Assembly (NCBI GenBank): GCA_016866335.1
Contig: VGMT01000010.1
Coordinates: forward strand, 3,144-67,143
Source of the DNA: Bacteroidota bacterium
Lineage (GTDB): Bacteria; Bacteroidota; Bacteroidia; CAIKAF01
DNA length: 64,000 nucleotides
Direction: 5' to 3'
Below, piece by piece: positions 49,788 to 59,809 of the stretch. Made by a program: the position numbers and the translations under genes. The notes under the pieces are model-generated. The model made no database searches and was not told where the DNA came from. It was given only the letters and a program-made list of their open reading frames with translations. Numbering within the stretch: the first letter of the stretch is position 1; each line of letters begins with the position of its first letter.

Positions 49788-52280
49788 ATGAATCGCACTG
49801 GGTTAAAGCCTGTTGCCCTGACCGGAATCGTCGCCTTGCTTCTTATGCTAGGGCTAATGGGTTGCGCTCCAACCCGACGTTTAAAACCATCCGAATTTTT
49901 ACTAAAAAAACAAACCATTAAAGAAATTGGCGAGACCGTCAACAACCATGAAAACATTGAAGATCTTCTTACACCGGTTCCCAATAAAAAGCTGTTTGGA
50001 GTTTGGCGATTTTACCTTCAACTTCATGAACTTCCCAACCCAGAAAAAGTGGCTTCAAAAAGAGCTTTTCTTGATGCCCGCCGAGACTCTTTGAATGGCT
50101 TGATTCGACAAAAAAACCTCGACCGAATAAAAAAAGGGAAAAAGCTCAAACCACTGAAATCAGAAAAACCTACCTTCAATGAATGGTTAATGAAAATTGG
50201 TGAAGCCCCTGTAATGCTTGATTCTTCAAGAATAGAAAGGAATAAAAAACAAGTTCAGCAATTTCTTAAAAACCACGGATACTTTCGAGCCAAAGTCCAA
50301 GATTCAATTGTACTTTACCCTAGGCAAAAAATGGCCGAGGTCGTTTACCTGATTCACAGGGGCCCCGCTTACAACATCAATAAGGTTTTAAAAGACATAG
50401 AAGACCCAACCCTTGAATGGTTAAATGAAAAACACCAATACCTGAGCCGTTTTAACCTAAAACCGGGCGAAGAAATTCGATTTGACTTAGATGCAATGGA
50501 TGCTGAGCGCGAGCGCTTGGCTAGTATTTTTAGGGATGCGGGCTTTTATTTAATGGATAAAAGCGACATTCTATTTTGGGCCGACACCCTTAAGCAGGCC
50601 GGAAAAGTTGAACTTACCCTTACAATAGACAATCCCAACACCCGAATTTCGTACAAAGGCGATTCCATTACCCTGAATCATCATCCTCGATTTATTGTTG
50701 GAGAAATTCGAATTTCTACCCACGAAGGATTGGATAAATCAGGTATGCCCCTAACCGATTCCATTTTAACCAAAGATTTTTCCTTGCATTTTAACAAAAA
50801 ACCCGAGATGCGGCCAAGGCCGCTTGGCAGAAGTTTGTATTTGGATCCCGGAGAACTATACAACCCCCGCGACGAAGAACGAACCCGTTCCGCACTAAAC
50901 GATTTAAAGGTTTTCAGGTATGTACACCTGAGATTTAAACCCAAAATAAGTGGTGACAGAATCGACACCCTAGACGCTGAAATTGAACTGGCCCCCCTTG
51001 CTCATCAAGGAATTTCGACCGACCTACAAGGAACAAACACCGATGGAAACCTTGGGGTTAGCCTTGGAGCCGCATACACCAACCGGAATATTTTCAAAGG
51101 GGCAGAAATTCTTGAATTCAGAATCAATGCTGGTGCCGAAATACAAGTACTGCAAGGCGATAGCCTGGATGTTCAACAAGGTGGCTTACCTTTCAATACC
51201 CTTGAATTAGGCGGGCAATTATCCTTAACCACTCCTCGGTTCTTGGCCCCATTTTCTCTCAGCAAATGGGCAAAACCCAGAACCCGAGCAATGCTGTCAA
51301 TAAACTACCAAAACCGCCCCGATTACGACCGAACCGTTTCTACCTTCCTTTTCGGTTACGAATGGCTGGAACCCCCATCAAAAAAACCATGGGTAAATCG
51401 AAATTACAGCCTTTTTTATCAGGTTAATCTGGCCGAAATCAGCTTGATTAACATCAATAAAACGGCAGCCTTTGAGCAGTTTCTGGAAGAAACGGGCGAC
51501 CTATTTGTAAAAACCAGCTTTCGCCAACATTACATCCAAGCAACTTCGGTAACCGTTTCTTTTTCTAGAAATTCAAGAAGAAAAAATGGTCCTAGATTGT
51601 TTGCCCGTTTTAATGTTCAAGCCGGAGGAAACCTGTTGAGTTTGGGCTATCAACTCTTTGCGCCTCAAACTGCCGATACGTTGGGGCAGTTTTCCATTTT
51701 TGGAATCCGCTTTGCCCAGTATTTCAGATCAGAAATTGACATGAGGTATTTTCTGCCCTTGGCCCCAAAATATCAGCTTGCCTTTCGCGGTTTCATTGGG
51801 TTTGGAAGGGCATTTGGAAACACGCAAGTGCTGCCCTTTGAAAAAAGCTTCTTTGCCGGGGGGGCAAACGACTTAAGAGCATGGTTACCAAGGAGCTTAG
51901 GCCCAGGATCGTACCAGCAGTCCTCTACAGGAAGGGTTGACCAGGTTGGAGAGATTAAGCTGCTGGGCCAAGCAGAATACCGTTTTCCGATTTACAGCTA
52001 CCTTGAAGGAGCCTTGTTTGCCGATTTCGGAAATATCTGGCTCAGCAGGCCCGACCCGAACCGTCCTCAAGGTGAGTTTCTTTGGGACCGATTTTGGCAC
52101 GAATTCGCTTTAGGATCTGGTATTGGACTCCGGCTTAATCTTGGTTTCTTTATTTTCCGCGCCGATTTTGCAATCCCAATGCGCGACCCTACCCAACCCG
52201 CAGACCAACGCTGGGTTATTACCCGCCTTAAACTCCCAGACGACCTCAGAATCAATATTGGAATTGGATACCCTTTCTAA
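49788..52280 (+). CDS. Omp85-family lipoprotein (TamL-like)
   Basis: Lipobox LMGC; POTRA-like region; FFAGGANDLRAW; terminal IGYPF. Confidence 0.87.
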   Translation: MNRTGLKPVALTGIVALLLMLGLMGCAPTRRLKPSEFLLKKQTIKEIGETVNNHENIEDLLTPVPNKKLFGVWRFYLQLHELPNPEKVASKRAFLDARRDSLNGLIRQKNLDRIKKGKKLKPLKSEKPTFNEWLMKIGEAPVMLDSSRIERNKKQVQQFLKNHGYFRAKVQDSIVLYPRQKMAEVVYLIHRGPAYNINKVLKDIEDPTLEWLNEKHQYLSRFNLKPGEEIRFDLDAMDAERERLASIFRDAGFYLMDKSDILFWADTLKQAGKVELTLTIDNPNTRISYKGDSITLNHHPRFIVGEIRISTHEGLDKSGMPLTDSILTKDFSLHFNKKPEMRPRPLGRSLYLDPGELYNPRDEERTRSALNDLKVFRYVHLRFKPKISGDRIDTLDAEIELAPLAHQGISTDLQGTNTDGNLGVSLGAAYTNRNIFKGAEILEFRINAGAEIQVLQGDSLDVQQGGLPFNTLELGGQLSLTTPRFLAPFSLSKWAKPRTRAMLSINYQNRPDYDRTVSTFLFGYEWLEPPSKKPWVNRNYSLFYQVNLAEISLININKTAAFEQFLEETGDLFVKTSFRQHYIQATSVTVSFSRNSRRKNGPRLFARFNVQAGGNLLSLGYQLFAPQTADTLGQFSIFGIRFAQYFRSEIDMRYFLPLAPKYQLAFRGFIGFGRAFGNTQVLPFEKSFFAGGANDLRAWLPRSLGPGSYQQSSTGRVDQVGEIKLLGQAEYRFPIYSYLEGALFADFGNIWLSRPDPNRPQGEFLWDRFWHEFALGSGIGLRLNLGFFIFRADFAIPMRDPTQPADQRWVITRLKLPDDLRINIGIGYPF

Positions 52281-52372
52281 TTCTGCCACCCCACTTTCTT
52301 CGTATTCTATTTTCTTAAAACCCTGCTTTCTGAACCAATTTTTCCATTCAAAATCGAACAAAACTGGAGCTG

Positions 52373-52407
52373 AAATTTAGATTAACCTAAATTTTTCTTT
52401 ACATTTG
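52373..52407 (+). promoter_or_regulatory. Candidate DtxR/MntR operator next to a -7 promoter element
   Basis: AAATTTAG-ATTAAC-CTAAATTT at 52373-52394; TACATTTG at 52400-52407. Confidence 0.7.
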
Positions 52408-52421
52408 GGTAAATTCCATTT

Positions 52422-53327
52422 GTGCGCCATTCCCTATTTGTTTATTGCATTGGATTTTGTCTTTTCTTGGATTGCACAACTGCACCTAGCGCCCCAAAAA
52501 CCGCTTTTAAAATAGTAACGACCACCCAAATGCTGGCCGATGCAATTTCCCCGCATTTAAATTCGTCCTGTTCCATTGTTGTCCTTTTTCCCGAAGGCAT
52601 TGAGCCTCATTCTTACCGCCCTGTCCCATCTGACATTAAACTTCTGCAGGAGGCCGATGCCGTGCTGTACAATGGATTGCATTTAGAGGCCAACATGGAA
52701 TCTATGCTTGAACACTTAGGTCGTTCAAAGCCATGCATTAGCTTAGGTTTCTTTATTCCACATCAAGATTTAATTCCACTTGACGAACATTCCTATGACC
52801 CCCACATTTGGTTTGATATTACCTTGTTTGGTTTTGCCGCAATGAAGGCCGCAGACAGTTTAGATAAGGTTCTTTCAAAGCCCGTATTTTTAAGCAACCA
52901 AACGCATCTGGATTCCTTGGTCCAGCTTGACAGCCTTCTCCTTAAGCAATGGCAAAATCTTCCTGAATCTCAAAGGGTATTGTGTTCCGTACACGATGCA
53001 TTTTCCTATTACTGCCGAAAATACAAGCTAAAACAAATTAGCCTTCAAGGGGTATCTACGGCAGCCGAATTTGGGATTTATGAAGTGAACGATATGGTAG
53101 ATTTCATTGTTGAAAATAAAGCTAGGGTGGCTTTTACCGAGGCACATGCCCTTACAAAAGCCATGAAATCAGTTCAAATGGGTTGCGCTAAGCGAGGGCA
53201 CAAATTAACCATAGGAGAACCTCTTTTAACGGATGCTCCAGGTAAAAAAGGAAGCTTAGGGGGAAGCTGGCCGGGAATGGTCATTGAAAATTCGGATAAA
53301 ATTCAAAAAGCGTTTAGCCATGATTGA
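52422..53327 (+). CDS. Metal ABC transporter substrate-binding protein (TroA-like)
   Basis: EPHSY; NGLHLE; DPHIW; HDAFSY. Confidence 0.9.
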   Translation: MRHSLFVYCIGFCLFLDCTTAPSAPKTAFKIVTTTQMLADAISPHLNSSCSIVVLFPEGIEPHSYRPVPSDIKLLQEADAVLYNGLHLEANMESMLEHLGRSKPCISLGFFIPHQDLIPLDEHSYDPHIWFDITLFGFAAMKAADSLDKVLSKPVFLSNQTHLDSLVQLDSLLLKQWQNLPESQRVLCSVHDAFSYYCRKYKLKQISLQGVSTAAEFGIYEVNDMVDFIVENKARVAFTEAHALTKAMKSVQMGCAKRGHKLTIGEPLLTDAPGKKGSLGGSWPGMVIENSDKIQKAFSHD

Positions 53328-54087
53328 AGTTAAGAATTTAAACGCCGGATATGGAAAACGGTCTGCCCTTTGGAACATTGACTTTTCAATTCCCCTGCCT
53401 GCCTTTGTTGGGATTATTGGGCCAAACGGTGGCGGCAAATCAACCCTATTAAAATCGATACTGGGCGAGCTTACTCCCCTTACAGGCTCCATTCGGTTGT
53501 TTGGCAAACCCATCGCTGAAATGAAAAACCGGTTGGCCTATGTTCCACAAATTAATTCGGTGGACTGGAATTTTCCAATTCGGGTAATGGACGTAGTCCT
53601 TATGGGACGTTTTCGCCCAAATTCATGGGGGCCTTTTTATTCAAAATCCGATCGAGAAAAGGCAGAGTTTTATTTGAATGCCGTTGGAATGTTGGCCTTT
53701 TCAAAACAGCAAATTGGAGAACTCTCAGGTGGGCAAAGGCAACGTGTATTTCTAGCTAGGGCTCTTGCCCGCGAAGCCGATGTGTTGTTGCTTGATGAAC
53801 CCCTGGCGGGGGTAGATGCGGGTTCAGGTGAACGCATCCTCTCTCTGCTTTCTGAATACCAAAAACAAGGGCGCAGCATTGTTATGGTTCACCACGATTT
53901 ATTAACTGCTTCGACCCTGTTCGACCATTTGGTACTCCTTCAAACCCGACTTGTCGCTGCTGGGCCAATAAAAGAAGTTTTTACCTTAACTAATCTTCAA
54001 ACTGCGTATGGCACAGATGTTTCAATTTTATCTGAAATGATACACAAGTTAGGTCAAACGCCAGCAAATTTATCTGACCATCCCTGA
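53320..54087 (+). CDS. Metal ABC transporter ATPase (TroB-like)
   Basis: GPNGGGKS; LSGGQRQR; LLDEP. Confidence 0.92.
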   Translation: MIEVKNLNAGYGKRSALWNIDFSIPLPAFVGIIGPNGGGKSTLLKSILGELTPLTGSIRLFGKPIAEMKNRLAYVPQINSVDWNFPIRVMDVVLMGRFRPNSWGPFYSKSDREKAEFYLNAVGMLAFSKQQIGELSGGQRQRVFLARALAREADVLLLDEPLAGVDAGSGERILSLLSEYQKQGRSIVMVHHDLLTASTLFDHLVLLQTRLVAAGPIKEVFTLTNLQTAYGTDVSILSEMIHKLGQTPANLSDHP

Positions 54088-54089
54088 GC

Positions 54090-55301
54090 ATGATTTCTGA
54101 ACACCTGGTGTGGATTATTTTAGGGTGTATGCTGGCGGCATATTTGCTGGCCATTACAGGAATTCCTGTTTACCTGCGGCGAGAATCACTTACAGGGGAC
54201 GCTCTTTCGCATGCCATTTTCCCCGGTGTGGTGGTGGCAGTTTTGATTTCGGGTGGCCAGCAGGGCTGGGTAACCTATCTTTCTGGAATCATTGTCGGCA
54301 GCTTTGCCCTATTTTTAATTCAAACTATTCACCAAAAAACCCTTATTCCCAAAGATGGTGCGACAGGAATTGTATTGATTCTTTTTTTTGCAGTAGGCTT
54401 ATTGTTGATGGGCAGGTTGCAAAGGTCAGGCATTCCATTATGGGGCGTTCAGCACGTTTTACTGGGTAAAGCAGCTACCCTTTTGCCCTCGGACGTTTTT
54501 GCGCTGGCTGTGTTGTCTGCCCTAGGTAGTGTTGTGTTTTTCTTGGTCCAAAAATGGATTTGGATAGAAGCTTTTGATTCCAAATTTGCCCTTCATTCAG
54601 GCCTACCTAAAAATACCTACGAACTTTTATTGAGCGCTTGGACTGCCTTGGTTTTAACGGCTACCATTCAAATTTTAGGTGCTGTTCTAAGCGCCGCTAT
54701 GCTCATTACCCCTGCCGCCCTTGGACATTTTTTAAGCAATAACCCCAAAAAATTAACCCTAATTACTTTGGTCAGTGCTTGCATTGCGGCCGTTTTAGCC
54801 GGGTTCATTTCGGCCTCCCTTCCGAGCATGAGTACCGGGGCACTTACCGTCATTATGCTTTTCATGCTGTCCTTTCCTTTCTTCATTTTCCATCCCACAA
54901 AAGGAATTTTAATGAAATGGGTTGCCCGAAAGCAAGAAGCCCGGCGCTGGCAAGATGAAAACACCCTTAAACAACTTTTAAATCAAACCAAAATCCCTTT
55001 GTTTTCAATTAAAAATCCTTCCTTACAACGGCTTGCTAAACACAGCTTTGTGCGGTTAAACCCACAGGGAAAATGGGAACTGAGCCCCAAAGGACTTGAA
55101 GAAGCTGAGCGAATTGTGCGAAAGCACCGGTTATGGGAAACCTTTTTGCATAAGCGCCTGATGTTGCCCGTGGGAAGTGTGCATGAGAATGCCGAGTTGA
55201 TGGAACACCTACTTGACGACGAAGCTGAAGAGCGACTGGCATTGGATTTAAACCACCCAAGTGCAGACCCACACCAATCCCCTATTCCCCCAAGAAAATG
55301 A
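54090..55301 (+). CDS. Metal ABC permease with a fused C-terminal DtxR-like domain (TroC-like)
   Basis: DALSHAIFPG; C-terminal RKHRLWETFL..HENAELMEH..DPHQSPIP. Confidence 0.87.
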   Translation: MISEHLVWIILGCMLAAYLLAITGIPVYLRRESLTGDALSHAIFPGVVVAVLISGGQQGWVTYLSGIIVGSFALFLIQTIHQKTLIPKDGATGIVLILFFAVGLLLMGRLQRSGIPLWGVQHVLLGKAATLLPSDVFALAVLSALGSVVFFLVQKWIWIEAFDSKFALHSGLPKNTYELLLSAWTALVLTATIQILGAVLSAAMLITPAALGHFLSNNPKKLTLITLVSACIAAVLAGFISASLPSMSTGALTVIMLFMLSFPFFIFHPTKGILMKWVARKQEARRWQDENTLKQLLNQTKIPLFSIKNPSLQRLAKHSFVRLNPQGKWELSPKGLEEAERIVRKHRLWETFLHKRLMLPVGSVHENAELMEHLLDDEAEERLALDLNHPSADPHQSPIPPRK

Positions 55302-56164
55302 TGACCTTTCTTATTTTGGCTACCGCGGGTTTGCTAGCGGTTCAAGCAGCCTTGGGTGGCAGTTTTTTGGTGCTGCGAAGGTCGGCAATGCTCACCGACG
55401 CTATGGCTCACTCTTTGCTACCTGGGTTGGTTGTAGGATATTTGTTTTCGGGCTCAAGGTCTGGCCCTGAGGTTATTTTTTTTGCTGCTGTTTCTAGCTT
55501 TCTATCTGCCTACCTTATTGATTTTCTAAACAAGTTTGCGGGAATATGGTTCGAGGCGAGTACGGGTTTTGTTTTCACCTCGCTGTTCTCAATAGGCATT
55601 GTTTTGACCACCGCCTTAGGAGGCAATATTGATTTGGATGCCGATTGCATTTTGTACGGAGAATTGCTGTACGTTCCCTTTCGGTATTCTTCTACCCAAT
55701 CTTGGTACGATTTACTCCCCTTACCCCTTTGGAATCAAATTTGGGTAAGTTTTGCTTGGGCTATCTTCCTATTTTTCAAATGGAAGCAACTGAAAATTTG
55801 GGCCTTTGATGAAGGATTTTGCCGAAATGCAGAAATTCAACACCACTCAATTAGGCGTTCAACCTTAGTATTAACCTCCATGAGCATCGTTGTGGGTTTT
55901 GATGCTTTTGGTGCTGTTTTGGTGGTTGGTTTTTTCATTTTACCTGCGGCAACCGCCTGGTTGATTAGTAAAACCTACAAATCCATGCTGTTGAACTCCA
56001 TCGTGTTTGGGGTGGGTAGCATTGCTCTTGGTTATGTGCTAGCCCTAGCTTTCGATTGGGAACCCGGCCCAAGTATGGTCTGTGTGGCAGGCCTTAATTT
56101 TATGATTGCAGCCCTGCGGTACAGGCAAAAAAAATCGGGGTCAGGATTTCGTCCTACGCACTAA
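55298..56164 (+). CDS. Metal ABC permease (TroD-like)
   Basis: DAMAHSLLPG; DLDADCILYG. Confidence 0.88.
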   Translation: MMTFLILATAGLLAVQAALGGSFLVLRRSAMLTDAMAHSLLPGLVVGYLFSGSRSGPEVIFFAAVSSFLSAYLIDFLNKFAGIWFEASTGFVFTSLFSIGIVLTTALGGNIDLDADCILYGELLYVPFRYSSTQSWYDLLPLPLWNQIWVSFAWAIFLFFKWKQLKIWAFDEGFCRNAEIQHHSIRRSTLVLTSMSIVVGFDAFGAVLVVGFFILPAATAWLISKTYKSMLLNSIVFGVGSIALGYVLALAFDWEPGPSMVCVAGLNFMIAALRYRQKKSGSGFRPTH

Positions 56165-56806
56165 CAGCATTCTACTTACATGCTGACTAATCATCAGTTC
56201 TGCCCCTTGGTTAATAGAAATAACCACACTTTGATCGTAAGAAAACCGCTTCACCAGTTTAATCGTGGCACCTGGTTTTAAAGAAATGCCATCTAAGTAC
56301 TGTAAAAAATCCGGCTGATGCTCTTTTAGCCCCACCAGTTCGGCCAACTCCCCCGGAACTAGATCGTATAAGGTTTTATTCTTGTGGTGCTTTATGGTTC
56401 CATCTGATTTTGGAATAGGGTCTCCATGCGGATCCACTTCTGGAAATCCTAAAAATTCGTCCAAACGTTGAATGAGTTTTTCATCTACAATATGCTCAAG
56501 TTGTTCAGCTATATCGTGAATTTCATCCCAATTAAAGTTCAATGTTTCAACCAAAAACACCTCCCAAAGCCTGTGTTTTCGAACAACATTGGCGGCTATC
56601 AAATGCCCCTTTCTACTTAGAATCGCCCCTTGATAGGGCTGGTATTTAACCCATTTTTTTTCATGGAGTTTTTTCAACATATCGGTTACCGACGAGGCCT
56701 TGCTGCTCAACTCTTCAGCCAAATCATTCGTTGAAACAGAACGTCCTAGTTCTCCCGACAACTTAAATATGGCTTTCAGGTAATTCTCTTCTGCAGTTGT
56801 TGGCAT
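56141..56806 (-). CDS. DtxR/MntR-family metal-dependent repressor with FeoA-like domain
   Basis: ENYLKAIF; RKHRLWEVFL; AEQLEH; DPHGDPIP. Confidence 0.93.
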   Translation of the reverse strand: MPTTAEENYLKAIFKLSGELGRSVSTNDLAEELSSKASSVTDMLKKLHEKKWVKYQPYQGAILSRKGHLIAANVVRKHRLWEVFLVETLNFNWDEIHDIAEQLEHIVDEKLIQRLDEFLGFPEVDPHGDPIPKSDGTIKHHKNKTLYDLVPGELAELVGLKEHQPDFLQYLDGISLKPGATIKLVKRFSYDQSVVISINQGAELMISQHVSRMLLVRRTKS

Positions 56807-56877
56807 TTAAATAACCTTAAGGGTATAGGATAAAAGTAAAAGTTTTTAGTCATTTGAGCTCAAATTGGAGAAGTAGA

Positions 56878-58014
56878 ATGCGCATAGGTATCGTTTTATA
56901 CCCCACATTTGGGGGCAGCGGTGTTGTAGCCACCGAATTGGGTAAGGCTTTGGCCCGAAATGGACATGAAGTTCATTTCATTTCATACAGCCAACCTGTT
57001 CGTATGGACGCCTTTCAACAGGGAGTTTTTTTTCATGAGGTAATGGTGCCCGACTATCCGTTGTTCGATTTTGATCCCTATGAGGTTGCACTAACCTCTG
57101 CCCTGGTGCGCACGGCCCTGCAAGAAAAACTTGACCTAATTCATGTTCATTACGCCATTCCCCACGCCCCTGCTGCATTTATGGCAAGGGAAATTCTAAA
57201 AACAAAAGGCCGCTTCGTACCCTTTATTACCACCTTGCATGGCACCGATATTACCTTAGTAGGCAAAGACAAATCCTATGAGCCGGTAATCAGCTTTGCC
57301 ATCAACCTATCCGATGCCGTAACCGCTGTTTCTGCCTATTTAAAAGAAGAAACGTTAAAGCACTTCAGCATTACGAAAAACATTGAGGTTATTTACAATT
57401 TCATTGACCCCATTGCCATCGCCGAAGAGAAAAAAGAATGCTCCAAGGCTACCACCGCCCCAAATGGAGAAAAGGTAATCATGCACATTTCCAATTTCAG
57501 AAAGGTCAAAAGAGTTCAAGATGTGGTTCAGGCATTTCGAATTATTGCCAGCAAAATTCCCTCGAAGTTAATTATGGTTGGAGATGGGCCTGAGCGAAAT
57601 ATGGCTGAAAATTTAGCGGTGGACCTTGGTATTCGGGAACAATGCATGTTTATTGGTAAGGTTAAAAACTCACTCAGCATTTTACCCTGTGCCGACGTTT
57701 TCTTTTTGCCCTCGGCAAGTGAAAGTTTTGGGCTTTCCGCCTTAGAGGCTATGGCTTGCGGTATTCCTGTAATTGGCTCAAATGCAGGTGGATTACCTGA
57801 AGTCCAAATCCATGGAAAAACAGGATTTTTAAGCGAAGTTGGCGACTACCAAGACATGGCAAAAAATACACTTAAGATTCTTTCTTCCCCTTCCCAATAC
57901 CAGGAATTTTCAAAACATTGCATTGAACAGGCCGATTTGTTTCGCTTGGATTTGATTTTACCGCAGTATGAAAATTTGTACAATCGGGTTTTTAAGGAAT
58001 TTACCTCATTTTAA
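56878..58014 (+). CDS. bshA: N-acetyl-alpha-D-glucosaminyl L-malate synthase
   Basis: YPTFGGSGVVATELG; HVHYAIPHA; TTLHGTD; HISNFRKVKR; ESFGL. Confidence 0.92.
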   Translation: MRIGIVLYPTFGGSGVVATELGKALARNGHEVHFISYSQPVRMDAFQQGVFFHEVMVPDYPLFDFDPYEVALTSALVRTALQEKLDLIHVHYAIPHAPAAFMAREILKTKGRFVPFITTLHGTDITLVGKDKSYEPVISFAINLSDAVTAVSAYLKEETLKHFSITKNIEVIYNFIDPIAIAEEKKECSKATTAPNGEKVIMHISNFRKVKRVQDVVQAFRIIASKIPSKLIMVGDGPERNMAENLAVDLGIREQCMFIGKVKNSLSILPCADVFFLPSASESFGLSALEAMACGIPVIGSNAGGLPEVQIHGKTGFLSEVGDYQDMAKNTLKILSSPSQYQEFSKHCIEQADLFRLDLILPQYENLYNRVFKEFTSF

Positions 58015-58584
58015 TTTCCCCGAATCAATCATCCTACAAATCTCATCTATCAGCAAATCTTCGTTGTTTCCGTTTGGATTAAACTCGGCTTTTAAATCAT
58101 AATCAAACATGCTTGCAACACCCTGCCAAAAAAGAGCTTGAACCCCTCCTTTCATTTCCTGCAACAATTCATACGAAGTAAATTCTGTTTGCCTGTCGAG
58201 CAACTTTAACAAAATGCGCCCATCAGCAAACGACAACCGCTTTAATTGCTGAAAGTGTTTTTCGCGCAATTCGGCCTCAAATTGTTGAATGAGTTCTTTT
58301 CTTTCGCGTCGTTTTCCTGTTGCATCCACTCGAGCATAGGTCTTCATCCGCTCTCCTGCAAGCTTTGCCAATGGATACGTACGCTTCACCCGTTCCACCA
58401 AACGGTTGTACCGGCGTTGAAGCCCTTTATTTTTAAATGCTCTTAATTCTAAAACGCTGAATTCAGGCAGTACAATTACCCGCGATATGGAATCTGTCAA
58501 CGTATCCGGTGGCAGTTGCCCACGAACTTGGCTGGCCAATACAATAAAAAAACAAGAAAAACCCTTTAAAATTAAGGAGTTCAT
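58006..58584 (-). CDS. DUF4294-family protein
   Basis: YNRL...VKRTYPLA; GRILLKLLDRQT..SYEL; FWQ..A..F..DLK. Confidence 0.75.
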   Translation of the reverse strand: MNSLILKGFSCFFIVLASQVRGQLPPDTLTDSISRVIVLPEFSVLELRAFKNKGLQRRYNRLVERVKRTYPLAKLAGERMKTYARVDATGKRRERKELIQQFEAELREKHFQQLKRLSFADGRILLKLLDRQTEFTSYELLQEMKGGVQALFWQGVASMFDYDLKAEFNPNGNNEDLLIDEICRMIDSGKLK

Positions 58585-58614
58585 ATTCCCATTAACGAAA
58601 AAAGTGGCCAAAGA

Positions 58615-59100
58615 TTATCTATTGCCAGAATGTTTCTGTGGGCCGTTGGGAACAAACGAAAAACCCTTTAAATAACAAAACAAATCGGCTTGATTTTGAC
58701 CCGTTTTTACCATTACCATACTGTCAATACTTCCATTTCCAGCCCCTGAAACATCCCAAAACACCACTCGGGCAACGTCCTTATTGATAAAAAGAGCAGG
58801 TTGAATAAAAACATTTTGAGCAGAATAGCCCAAATCAGAATTGAAAAAAACCTTGAAATCACCACCGCTCTGCGAAGGTGAAATGGTGGCTGTATAGGAA
58901 ACACTATCGGCCCGCACAAAGGTCCAAGTGCCTACAAACTTAGCTTTCATTTCATCTTCACGACAAGACCCATCGTTCATTTCGGCCGTTGGTGAATAAT
59001 AATCCGAACGGGGATCTGTACACCCTTGCTCTTCCCCGCAACTACCTAAAAAATGAGAACCAATTAAACCAAGAAAAAAAAGAATCAAACGGTTTCCCAT
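58615..59100 (-). CDS. Hypothetical lipoprotein
   Basis: Lipobox LGSC; GCTDP...Y...A..NDGSC motif. Confidence 0.7.
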   Translation of the reverse strand: MGNRLILFFLGLIGSHFLGSCGEEQGCTDPRSDYYSPTAEMNDGSCREDEMKAKFVGTWTFVRADSVSYTATISPSQSGGDFKVFFNSDLGYSAQNVFIQPALFINKDVARVVFWDVSGAGNGSIDSMVMVKTGQNQADLFCYLKGFSFVPNGPQKHSGNR

Positions 59101-59103
59101 CGT

Positions 59104-59640
59104 TTACTCTTGCTTTATCCTAAGACCAAGCAACTCACAATCCCTTTTTACCATATCCGCAGGATTGGATTCGGCTGAATCTATCATTTTGTATTGCAAT
59201 TCAAGTCGGTCTGCTGAAATAAAGCCTTGACCGGTGTACCAAATGCTGCTCAACGTATCCATCTGTTGAGCGGGAATCGTAAAGGTGTACTTAGAAACCT
59301 CGGCCACCAATTTCCCTTCGCCCAAAGTCAATACCCCTAATGTCCCAGCCGGGTCAACGTAATGATTAATCTTAAACTCATATTGAAACTTGTCTCCCTC
59401 CACAAACTGAACATAACTCTGGGTTATTGCTCCATCGGCGCAAGATTCGGTCACGATGTAGGTGGCAAGAAATTTCCGTACTGTTTCAATAGGTTGACAT
59501 GAGCCGTTGTCTTGGTTAACTGTTGAATCGTAATTATCGCTTCGCTCATCGGTACATCCCTCCGTTGTGCAAGACGAAAATGAACCCGATAACAACAAGG
59601 CAAGACCAAGAATAGGCAATGAATTAATAGATAATTTCAT
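59104..59640 (-). CDS. Hypothetical lipoprotein
   Basis: Lipobox FSSC; GCTD...NY......DNGSC motif. Confidence 0.7.
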   Translation of the reverse strand: MKLSINSLPILGLALLLSGSFSSCTTEGCTDERSDNYDSTVNQDNGSCQPIETVRKFLATYIVTESCADGAITQSYVQFVEGDKFQYEFKINHYVDPAGTLGVLTLGEGKLVAEVSKYTFTIPAQQMDTLSSIWYTGQGFISADRLELQYKMIDSAESNPADMVKRDCELLGLRIKQE

Positions 59641-59809
59641 GGTATTGGGAGATATATACTGCAAAAAAACGAAAAAATACCACCATTTCAAATTCTTTTC
59701 ATTTCAAAATGGAAATCCATACCTTGATTTCAGCATTTAGTCCAAATTTGAAAAACATTAAATAGGAGAATCCAAGTGCTCTGATTATGTTTGCATCAAA
59801 GTTGTAAGC

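Noticed and set aside
56878..58014. bshA as an unexpected Firmicutes-type gene
   Set aside because: Bacillithiol-pathway genes are already known in Bacteroidota.
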